Part shown: positions 52,759 to 64,000 of the stretch, in pieces | Position numbering within the stretch: position 1 is the first letter of the stretch | How the letters are laid out: every line of letters begins with the position of its first letter | Assembly: GCF_009914755.1 (NCBI RefSeq) | Contig: NC_060925.1 | Reading direction: 5' to 3' (one strand) | Length of the DNA: 64,000 bases | Source of the DNA: the human T2T-CHM13v2.0 reference genome, Homo sapiens | The notes under the pieces: generated by a model | Seen by the model: the letters and a program-made list of their open reading frames with translations, nothing else | Told to the model about the DNA's origin: nothing | Database searches by the model: none | Program-made: the position numbers and the translations under genes

Positions 52759-53916
52759 TACTATCCTACTCTACAATCTCAACCAGAAATGCCTGTTCCC
52801 AGCAAGAAGTTATAGGGACTTGTAGAATAAGAAGATAGGATAATTTAGAGATCACACAATGTCAAAACAGTAGAGAAAGTACCCTAGAGATCAGAGATGA
52901 ATCCCTTCAGTAATGAAAAACTGCAGTTAAAGCTCATCCAATTTCACACAGGTAGTTAGCAGTAGTACAAAAACCAGAGCCCAGATCTCCTGATACCCAA
53001 TCTGGTAGTTTTGCTAAACATACCTCATCTGTAAGATGAAAAAATTTAAATAGTTCCCACCTCACTGATGTAAAGTATTCAGAACAGTGCCAGGCAAGTA
53101 ATAAGTATTCAACAAATGTTAACTACTCGTATTGGTAATAAGAGTAGTTGCTTATATTATTATTCACATTTCATTCAATAAAGATTGGCTATTTTATACC
53201 ATGCTGTCATCCAATTTACCTCAATCAAGTCTCCATGGAGTAGAGCTTTATTTTGTTCAAATTCCCAAAGCAGCCAGTTACATGCATTTTCATACAAAAG
53301 CATATTACAAATTGGAATATAATTGTTATTGCAGGTGCTCCCTACTGAGAACCATCTTTGCCTTCTGCTCCCTTCCACCAGTGCCAGTAATGAGACTTTA
53401 TAAGAATCTCAGTAATACAGGTATTTACTATGTGTTATATATTTAACAAGGATGCATAAATTATACATGTGTAAAGAGCTATGTTACAGTAAAAAAATAA
53501 AATAAAATAAAAATACACACATACCTGTCCTCCAGGAACTTATAATCCAATAAAGAAGTTCAGACACAACAAAGAACTGAATAAAAGTACACAGCTGAGC
53601 TGTGGGTGCTATGAAGGTTCAGGAAAAGGAATAAACAACATGGACTAAAGCCTTGAGGGTAAAGAAGGAAGAACTTAGCAAGTCTTCAGCTAAGTGAAGA
53701 TTGACTTAGCTGAAGAACTTCAGCTAAGTGAAGATTTAAATAGACTGGAAAGAAAAAGGACCCTAGTCTTCAAAGCCATCATGTGTAAAAATTATTCCAC
53801 TGTGCTTATATTCATCAGTTCCACAAGAGCAAATTTTAAGTACACTATAAAAACATCTCAAATTTAAACTCTAAAAAAGTGGGGCTTCTGTTCTGTTTGC
53901 AATTTCTTAAATTTTA

Positions 53917-54381
<465 letters not shown>

Positions 54382-57049
54382 CTAACTTATTAGTGGAATG
54401 GTGATGACAGAAGTCCACTTGTATACGAGAACAGATGGTGGTAAATTTAAAAACAGCATGGGAGGCTGGGAGAAATCTGGTTATGGAAATCTGGTTAAGA
54501 AATGTCAGGCCCTCATTACCTCACCTCATTCCAAAAGCTTCCTAGCTGGCTTCCTGGACTCTGATGTCTCAACCACTCCTCCCTACTAATCATATCCAGT
54601 CCATGCATACACTCCAAGAGAAACCTATCAACACTGCTTTCATGTCATTATGCCTAAACACTTTCAATGGCTCCCTAACTCCTACTATACTACATCTAAA
54701 TTCCTCATTTTCAACTACTTTAGCTTTTACTAATCTTTTATTAATCCTTCTCTAAATTCCTAGAGCAATTACAACCTCAGTTTGGCAACTGACATGTTGT
54801 TTCACATGCATAGTTGAATCATATGCTTAAGCTTTCTACCCTCACCTCCTCTCCCCCAACCACTGAGGACAGTGACCATACATTAGTACTTCTGATGCTA
54901 TCCAATACCGTGCCAGGTACAAATTATCTGAAAAATAACATAGTAACTGGATAAGGAATAAGGGCCTTCTTTTCTGGAATGTCCTTTCCTTCTCTGTCTG
55001 CCTGGCTGGCTTCTACTTCAAGACCAAACATCTCCCGCTACAGAAAGCCTGGTCAATCCCCTCTTTCCATCCTCCATCTCCTAAGCTAAAGGAGCTATTA
55101 TTCCTAAAGCAGAGTATAAATACCCCTATCACAGAATTTATATGTAACTGTGATTATCTTTATCTACCTCTCCCCCAGGAGATTCTGATCTCCTTGAAAG
55201 AAGAAACTTTCATGACTGAAATAGTAACTATCCAATGAAGGTATGCGTGTGCTCCTCCCCAAACAAGTGAGACTGTAACAAGTTCAAAAGTTAAAGAGGT
55301 GAGAGTACTAAGTAGCAGAAGGTAAGGGTACTCATAGGTTTGAAGTCTTTAGTAAGACAGAAAAAAGTATGACTCAGAGCACAGACTGACAGGCAGCTTT
55401 ATACAGGAAAAGAAACCATTCTACCAGAATAACAAAGAAAAATGAGAATATGGGAGTAAGATGAAAAGCATATACTGTTACCTGTGGGAGAAAGCAAAGC
55501 ACAGAGAAGAATTTGTCTGCAGTTCTTAGATCTATGATGGTAACTATTACTTAAAAGAAGTTCCATACAGAATTTTTTTCTTCATAAAATTAAAGGATAA
55601 GGAGCACCAGGTTCAGGCTATAACAACTCAAAACTGAGTCATAACACGGGGGTTTTAATCCCACTTTATGAAACAGGGACACTCATATGATCCCATGTAT
55701 GCTTTTTAGCTACTTTAGTACACTGCGTGGCCTACCTCTGCAACTTTCCTAATTCCCAAAGTGTAGCAAAGGCTTACTCAGAAAGTTTTTCAAGTTTCAA
55801 CCGTATCAAAAAGGGGGGCAAATGGGTACAGATAAAAGAAAATAAAAAGAATAAGAATAATGAGGGTAACAATGTTGTGACCCAAATATTACTGAATCCT
55901 CCCACTTCATTCCCGGCACATGGCATTTCATCTTAAGACCTGCGGCACATAAAAAAACTGAGCAACTTAGAACTCAGGAGAAATTCTTGTTATTACCACA
56001 GGACTGATTCTTGAATTATTCCGATCTCATGCATCTCTTTGGGTCAATATGTGCTACCACTCCTATTACAGTGTTTCAACACCCAAAGCAACCAGAAGCA
56101 GGGACTATGGCAGAGACTCCTATTGCCACTTAATATCTGTTCTTACCTTTTACCTTAGGAATAAATCCCAATTTTATTCAGGATGGTATTGCACCTTTTG
56201 CCCTGCCTGCCCTCTGGAATGCGGACAGAATTAACTATTGCTCTAGCGTCATCTTGGATCGTAAGATGATCCTGAACATGGAAGCCAGATACTGAGCATA
56301 TGGAAACAGAGAAAAAGTCTGGGTCCCTGATTTTTTTTGTGAAGTAGATTGTGAAGCTGCCATCCCAGCCGCAGACTGCCTACCCTACAGAATTTTAACG
56401 TATGTAACGACTATAAAAGAGTCTCTATTAGCAGATGAATGTAGTTCCTAACATAGAGAATTTAGGACATGGCAGTGTGGTGATACAAGTAACATAACCT
56501 AAACTAGCACACTCTCTTAAAGATGAATTAATGAGTTAATAAATTCCGATACTGACGGTTGGAAAGCTGATTACAAAGAATTTGGTCGAACTGTTATCTG
56601 TGGAATTTGAAAAGCAAGCCATATGCCAACTGAGGCTAGTGCAAAAACAGAAATGCAGGAAAAATTTAGAATGTTGGCATGTGTTGGCTCTTTCTCGCCA
56701 TTTAAAGTGAAGTCCTAAAAGAGAAATAAACTTTGATTAGAGTTACAAGAAGAGACAGAGAAAGTACAGATTTGCTAAGATAGGTACTGCCTACCCTTGT
56801 CCTGCAATTTCAGCTAAGAGTCCTATAATCTGAAGTCTTTCTTGCAAGGCTGAAAAAACCAAGTGCTTCTGAAGTCCCAACTGAGGTAGGTGAGTGTACC
56901 TACAAAACTACAGCATTAGCAGTAGAGAAGACTGATACCTTACCACACAAAGGTAATGTTAAGGTGTTGTCTTTCCACCCAGACTATTGTTTCAGAAGGC
57001 CTCACGAAAGCCACCTTTTCCTTAGGAGCTAAAAGAGGTCAAATAACTT

Positions 57050-57668
57050 GGATGAAGGAAAATATCTTCTTTATTTCCACTAACTTGTGACTGAAATTTA
57101 GCATTTCCTTTAACTGTGACAGCAGACAACAAATCACAGTAACATTAATAGTATCTGTAACTCTGCCACCAATAAAAATCACAAATATAACCAATGAGAA
57201 ATGTTGCAGAAATCTAAAATTTTTATTTAAACTCATCAACTACTTCAAAACTGACTTTCTTAGATTTGTCACTAGATCTTTTGTTTAATGTGTTATTTTA
57301 AAAGTATATATTACTATGTCACAAAGTTAGTATTTTGATAACTGTATTTTGATATAATTAACTGGTTTATTTTCAATCTTTTGTATTTTATGATTTTTTT
57401 CCTTCAATTTTTATTATAAGTTCAGGGGTACATTTGCAGGATGTGCAGGTTTGTTACATAGGTAAACGTGTGCCATGGTGGTTTGCTGCACAGATCAAAC
57501 CATCATCTATGTATTAAGCCTGGCATCCATTAGCTATTCTTCCTGATGCCCTCCCTCCCCCTACCCCACCCCTGTATTTTATGAATTTTGAAACATTATT
57601 CTGAGAAAGATGCACAGGCTTCACCAGACTGTTAAAGATATTCCATGGCACCAAAACAAGGCATCCCT
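57050..57668. mobile_element. hAT-Charlie-like remnant (approximate)
   Basis: aaacattattctgagaaag...caggcttcaccagactgttaaag...ccatggcac is a Charlie-type terminus. Confidence 0.55.
57394..57572 (-). mobile_element. Very short L1PA 3' end insertion (about 180 bp)
   Basis: Perfect TSD tgtattttatga at 57382-57393 and 57573-57584. Confidence 0.9.
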
Positions 57669-58634
57669 GAGGTAAGTAGAGTACAAATGGCAGTCTTCAC
57701 ATTAAAAAAAAAAAGTGTCTGGGCAGGTCCTTTGGCTCTAATTACTCGAAGGAGCAAAAAGTCTAGAAATTAAAATTTTTAAGCTAACTACATGGGAGGG
57801 TGAGAGGTGAAAGAGTCTAAACTGCAAAAGTCTCTTAAGTTTCTAAAATACTCCCCAAGGCTTATCAACGAAGAGAGCTGTAAAAACTGTGCATTTCCCA
57901 GAAACGGCATCTTTATCAATACCAATCTAAGATGTGGCCATTGAGGATAGTGGACAAGGTAAGATTCCTTGAAAGACCATAAAGGACAATGAAAATCTTC
58001 CCAAAGAGCAGACTTATTACTCTGCCAGGGAGTCTCTGCCACTCCTATCCAGCAGGATTTTATGATCAATATGGACTAGTGACTACTGAGTTTCCCATTA
58101 TCCTCTTTTCTGAATAACACCTTTTATTGTTGTTTTCCTATTCCTTCTCCACCACTGTATTCTGGATATGTAGAGTGCATATAATTCATCTTTGGTTTAT
58201 ATAGGTTTTCAAATCACAAGAAGTCATCCTTGGCTCTGATGAAAGGGACTGTATCCAGAGATCTTATATTTTCCGATATAGTAAATGGTAGAATCTCTGG
58301 GTTGTCTCCCTTGAGGAATGGGCAAATGAGTATTAGATATAGGAAGAAAAGTTTATGTGGATGCTTGGGTAGACAAAGGAGTCAACTATGGAAGAAATCT
58401 AAAAAGAAATAAAATAATTTACTACAGACTGACTTTATATTTTGTTATCATGTAATGTAAAATAAATTTTTTTAGGTTTGTAAATGAAGAAATAACTTAG
58501 GCTATTTCCAAAGGAAAACAGCTGGTGTTAATTTTTTCTAAATTAGTTATATACAACCCAAATCAAAGTTTCTATTCTTAGTATAATTTCCGCAAAATAA
58601 GAGTCAATGTCCACATATATGGGAAAAGACATGG

Positions 58635-58872
58635 CTTTGTGATTAAGAATAGAGGCTCTGGAGCAAGACTGCCTGGATTGGAATCCAAGTTCTTCCCTTC
58701 AGCTATGTGGTCCTGAACAAGTAAATTAACCTCCTTATGTCTCAGTTTCCTCATCTGTAAAATGAGGATAAAATAATACCCACCCCAAAGGACTGTTGTA
58801 AGATTAAATGAGTTAATACATATAAAGCACTGAGAACACTTTCCAACACATAGTAACTGCTCATATTGTTAT
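58635..58872 (+). mobile_element. MIR
   Basis: ggctctggagcaagactgcctggattggaatcc...ctcagtttcctcatctgtaaaatgagg. Confidence 0.88.
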
Positions 58873-58918
58873 CAAGTTAATATTAATATGAAGTTCATAC
58901 TCTTCAGGGTTTCCTAAA

Positions 58919-59215
58919 TTTTTTTTCTTTTTTGAGACGGAGTTTCACTCCTGTCGCCCAGGCTGGAGTGCAATGGCAGGTCTCAGCTCACTGCAACCTC
59001 CACCTCCCATGTTCAAGCGATTCTCTTGCCTCAGCCTCCCGAGTAGCTGGGATTACAGGTGTGTGCCACCACGCCCGGTTAAATTTTCTATTTCTAGTAG
59101 AGACGGGGTTTCACCATGTTGACCAGGCTGGTGTCGAACTCCTGACCTCAGGTGATCCGCCTGCTTCGGCCTCCCAAAGTGCTGGGATTACAGGCGTGAG
59201 CCACCACGCCCAGCC
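58919..59215 (-). mobile_element. AluS
   Basis: Full dimer, antisense. Confidence 0.93.
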
Positions 59216-59339
59216 AAGTCCTGGTATTAATTATTTTGGAGACCAACAATATTTCTTAAAATCTCCAAGGGAAGAAAAATTCACAATATATTCAATCTGT
59301 TCTAGGGTATACAATTCATTGTGGTTAAAAGAAAAAGTT

Positions 59340-59651
<312 letters not shown>

Positions 59652-59960
59652 CTAAATTACCCTTGCTACAGAGAAGTAAATTTCTATAAATTCTATCTTG
59701 GAAAATGAGAACTGGTCAGGGTTCTCTTCATAATGACTGTAACATATTCTACAACAGTAACACTATTTGGGTTCCTTCTTCTCTAAGTTAAAAGTCCAGA
59801 ACTTCTCCAACTCTTCTCACAAGATCTGTTTTAAGAATCACAATATGTTTATTGCTCTTCTCTAGTCTCTCCAAATCATTCCACAATTATTTAATCTCAG
59901 ATTCATAAAACTGGGTTCTGAATTTATACAATCTAAAGCCTTCCTTAGAATTCCATTTAG

Positions 59961-60265
59961 GGCCGGGCATGGTGGTTCACACCTGTAATCCCAGCACTTT
60001 GGGAGGAAGAGACGGGCAGATCGCTTGAGCCCAGGAGTTCAAGATCAGCATGGGCAACATGGCGAAACCCCGTCTTTACAAAAAATACAAAAAAAATTAG
60101 TCAAGTGTGGTAGTGTGTCCCTGTAGTCCCAGCTACCCAGAAGGCTAAGAGTGGGAGGATCACCTGAGCCCAGGGAAGTCGAGACTGCAGTGAATTGTGA
60201 TCACACCACTGCACTCCACCCTGGGCAACAGAATGAGACCCTGTCACAAAAAAATAAAATAAAAA
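59961..60265 (+). mobile_element. AluJ
   Basis: TSD tagaa(t/c)tcca(t/c)ttag. Confidence 0.9.
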
Positions 60266-60896
60266 TAGAACTCCACTTAGAATACAAACCTAAGGATCAT
60301 ATATGGTCAAAGATATTTTATGCTATAATTCTCATCTTCAAAATATTTCACTTTACAATTTAGGGGAGGAAAAAATAAAGACTGTTGAACATTAACCAAA
60401 TGTTTATTCTGTCATCAAGTAAATATTGTATTTTGCATTTAAATCTCACCCTATTAAAATGTCTATGTCTCTGAGTAGTTGTAAAGATTGATGAACACAA
60501 CCAGTCTTTCGCATAAGAAGATTCAACATCATCTTTGCAGCCGTAATTTAAAAACTCAGAATCTGCTCCAGAATGTTTCTTATATCCAGTTTAGAACACA
60601 CACACACATCCTTCAAGTAACATATGTCCACTAATTTTGTTTCATTAAAGTGGTTATCCTGACCTCTGTTTGCAACCATACTACTTCAGCTCACCAGCCA
60701 ACATTTACTGGATATTCTTTCATCAGTTTTTTTCTCTACTTCTGCTTCCATGGCATTATACAAGTAAGTATGGCATCAATGCTGGCAGAGGGCTAACACG
60801 GTGGAAAGTGATCCTGTCTTGTCTTTTAGTGTTAAGTATGATGTACAGAAAATGCTAAAGAAACAGTTTAAGCTGCTATATGTGGTGTTTATGGAT

Positions 60897-61419
60897 CAGC
60901 AGTTCTCAAAGTGTGGTCCAGAGACCCTTCAGGCAGTCTGAAGAGTCAAAACTATTTTCATAAAACATTATTTGCCTTTTTTCACTCTTATCCTCTCATA
61001 CAGTGTATAGTAGAGCTTTTCAGATACTATGTGGTGTGTGATATCACAACAGATTTAATGCAGAGAGAGAGATGAGAATCCAGCTGTCTTCTATTAAGTC
61101 AGATATTTAAAAGATCTGCAAAAATATAATGTAATGCCAATTTTCTCACTAAATTTTGTTTTGGAACATACAGTTACTTTACATAAAACTTGTTATCTAT
61201 GTTGGCAAAGGGTTTTTTAAAGATCCACAATGTAGAACTGAATTCAATTATATTTGTTATATGCTGTACACTACGGAGACTTTTGTTATTTTTTATGTGA
61301 ATATTTTAAATTTTTCTTAATTTTAATTTGTAATACAATAAATATTGACAGATATAACCCACATAAACAAAAGCTCTTTAAGCACTAATTTTTTAAGGGA
61401 CGAAAAATAAGCAACACTG
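60897..61419 (+). mobile_element. hAT-Charlie non-autonomous element
   Basis: Termini cagcagttctcaaagtgtggtcc ... aagcaacactg; internal gagtcaaaactattttcat. Confidence 0.65.
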
Positions 61420-61539
61420 ATCTTCAGTCTTTTGGTCTCTTCTTATATTTAGACATGTGTCTTAATATAGTATATACAATATTTATATATGAATATGTTT
61501 CTTAATATATATAATTATGTATGTGTGTTTCTTATATAT

Positions 61540-61745
61540 AACAGAAAGAGTAAGGACTTTGAAGTTACTGTGATACCTAGGCTTAAATTCTTACTCTCCC
61601 ACTTATTAACTATGTATCCTTAAAGAAGTCAAATAAACCTCTAAGCCTCAAAGAAGTGCTCTGAGGAATAAATGACAAGATACATGTGGAATATTTAGCA
61701 TACAGTGAATGCTTGGCACATAGTAAGCATTCAATAAATGAAAAA
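61540..61745 (+). mobile_element. MIR remnant
   Basis: ggactttgaagt...cctaggcttaaattc...cttggcacatagtaagcattcaataaatg. Confidence 0.7.
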
Positions 61746-63199
61746 TATTATAATCAATTTTGTTAGAAACACTTTTAAAAAGACATGCTTATTTTCCCTT
61801 TGTCAAAAGTCTCCATAGTGTACAACATATACAAATACAATTCAATTCAGTTCTATGTTGTGGATTTAAAAAGACAAAAATCTTCCCTGCTCATGCACAT
61901 GTCAGGCTTTGCATGAAATGCACAGCATCTGAAGAGGCCAAAAAATAATCTCTGAATTACCTATAAGTCTTCTCTGATACGCAATCTGACACAAGCTATT
62001 TAACAATATAAAATGTCTGAAATAATAAATATTACAGACCTTCCATACTGCTCATTATGATTACCTGAGTTGGAGTTATTTTCAGAGGATCATAAATACA
62101 TTCTATCTACCTTTAGATTTCTTGTTATAATTTCAAGTGCACTAAGGTTCAAAGAAAAATTAGACTGAGTCTTTTACACAAAACCACTTTAATTTTTATT
62201 TAAAAAAGGACAAAAAGATAAAAAGGGGTAAGTAGAGAAAGCTGGGTAAAGAAAATACATTCAACTAGAATTAAAATGTTAGAAGATAGTAAATAAGTAC
62301 GTTCCCTTGAGCACATGGTAGAATATGAGTAGTTGCATCAAGAAAAGGCTATGATGTTTTAAGGAAAAAGTTCCTATGCTGGAGGAGAAGAAAAAGATAG
62401 TTAAAGTCTATGTTAAAATTCACTCAACTCTGAACTTTAAAACAACAGTTATCAAAGAAGAGAAAAATTAGAGGACTACACCACCAGTCAATTCATTGGA
62501 GGAATTCATATTCATTGAAGGAGTTCAAAAAAATAAGTAGGAATAAGTTAAGCTAGAATCCCTTAAGGTTATGGATCTCACCATGAGTCAGCTGACCGTT
62601 ACCTACTACTAGTTAATATCTAAACAAACAGACCTTCTGTTGTAACAGTGCATCAGTCATTATCCACTTACATAAAACATCAACACTGATTATCATTAAA
62701 ATTCCATGCATGGTATGAAAAGGAGTGAAAAAATGTGAAGATAACTGACTTACATGAAAATCCCAGCACTATTTGGGTTGTTCACTAATAATCCACGTGT
62801 AAAGATGCTGCAGCTTATACTTACCCAGACTCTAAGAATCTCTCTGCCTAAAATCCTTCTTATTCTTCTTTATTCTATTATACTGGCTCCTTTTAAAAGA
62901 TCCCACATTTTTTGTTTCTATTTTTTATTTCTTGCCATCACTTTAAAACATCTGAACTGTGCTGTCTTTATCACAGACTTTATCTTTTTCTTCTTATGAA
63001 GTACAGCAATTTCTTCCTTCAAACATCACAATCTTTACTTGATGGAACTACTCAACCCCTCCCATGTGCTCAAAGAAGCCACAGTTATTTACTATCTTTT
63101 AAATTTTTATTTGGTAATTTGTAAATATGAATACCCTAATTTTCAACCCTCCACTAAGCAGATATGGGATATCAGGCTCTTTTCTCAATTTCAAAAGCA

Positions 63200-63309
63200 T
63201 AAAGGACTTAGACCGTCAGATTTCAAGGTTTACTGTAAAATTCCAATGACCAAGTTTTGGAGAAAGGACAGACATAGATCAACAGAACAGAGTCCAAGAA
63301 AAGACCCAT

Positions 63310-63382
<73 letters not shown>

Positions 63383-63790
63383 TAGATCCACAGTCACTTA
63401 ATTTTTGATGAAGGCATCAGACAAGTCAGTGGGGAAAGGAAAGACTTTTCAAAAAATTATGTTGAAACAATTGTCTGCATGGGAGAAAAATTAACAATGA
63501 CCCTTACATCACATCATACATAAAAATCTGAAAAATGAACAACAAACCTAGATGTAAAAGCTAAATCTATAAAACCTGCAGGAGAAATCATAAGAGAAAA
63601 TCTGGTTAGGCAAATATTTCTTAGATATGACACCAAAAACAATCACAATTCATAAAACAACTAATAAACTGGACTTTATCAAAATTTAAAACTTTTGTTC
63701 TTCAAAGACAATGTTAGGAGAATGAAAAGGCAAGCCACAGACTGGCAGAAACCATTTGCAAAGCACATATCTTAAAAAGGACTTGTGCAG
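63200..63790 (+). mobile_element. Old L1M ORF2 3' fragment (approximate)
   Basis: agacatagatcaacagaacagagtcc...ggactttatcaaaatttaaaacttttg...ggcaagccacagactgg. Confidence 0.8.
63311..63386 (+). repeat. Compound tetranucleotide STR [TAGA]11[CAGA]7[TAGA]1
   Basis: Direct count. Confidence 0.95.
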
Positions 63791-63809
63791 GGCTTAACCC
63801 TACAAATTA

Positions 63810-64000
63810 CAGGGCTCACATCTGTAATCCCAGCATTTGGGAGGCCAAGGCAGGAGGATCACTTGAGGCCAGGAGTTTAAGACCAGCCTGGGCAACATCG
63901 CAAGAACTCATCTCTAAAGAAAAAAAAAATTTTTGTTTTTGTTTTTGTTTTTGTTTCATCAAGGCAGGAAGATCGCCGGAGCCCAGGAGTTCAAGGCTGC
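63810..64000 (+). mobile_element. AluJ with (ttttg)n in the linker, running off the window end
   Basis: ggaggatcacttgaggccaggagttt...gagcccaggagttcaaggctgc. Confidence 0.8.

Larger units (their letters stand above)
56090..58400 (+). mobile_element. Old MLT1 (MLT1J-like) LTR at about 56090-56452 followed by MLT1 internal sequence, interrupted by a hAT element (approximate)
   Basis: ggaagccagatactgag...gtctgggtccctga...gcagatgaatgtagttcctaaca, followed by MaLR-internal-like sequence. Confidence 0.6.

Overview
Human/great-ape genomic DNA lying entirely inside the FOXJ3 forkhead transcription factor gene, which is on the minus strand. Three coding exons (50636-50960, 37716-37790, 525-608) splice in frame and encode most of the N-terminus plus the forkhead domain. 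The rest is intron, dominated by retroelements: about 25 Alus, primate L1PA elements, nested old L1M elements, L2/MIR/CR1 remnants, MaLR LTRs and a few DNA transposon fossils. I found no novel gene system. The strongest signal is structural. Two inverted L1PA copies about 19 kb apart (4446-8192 minus; 24112-27603 with a twin-primed 5' inversion) look like different subfamilies at their ends, yet share private frameshifts and substitutions over long patches. This points to inverted-repeat gene conversion, and the pair is a candidate inversion and long-dsRNA substrate. Smaller findings include an L1 internal deletion that creates a chimeric RT ORF, several templated-insertion or template-switch scars, and a hypothetical circRNA ORF. 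Repeat subfamily labels and consensus comparisons come from recall, not from a run alignment, and boundaries of old repeats are approximate.
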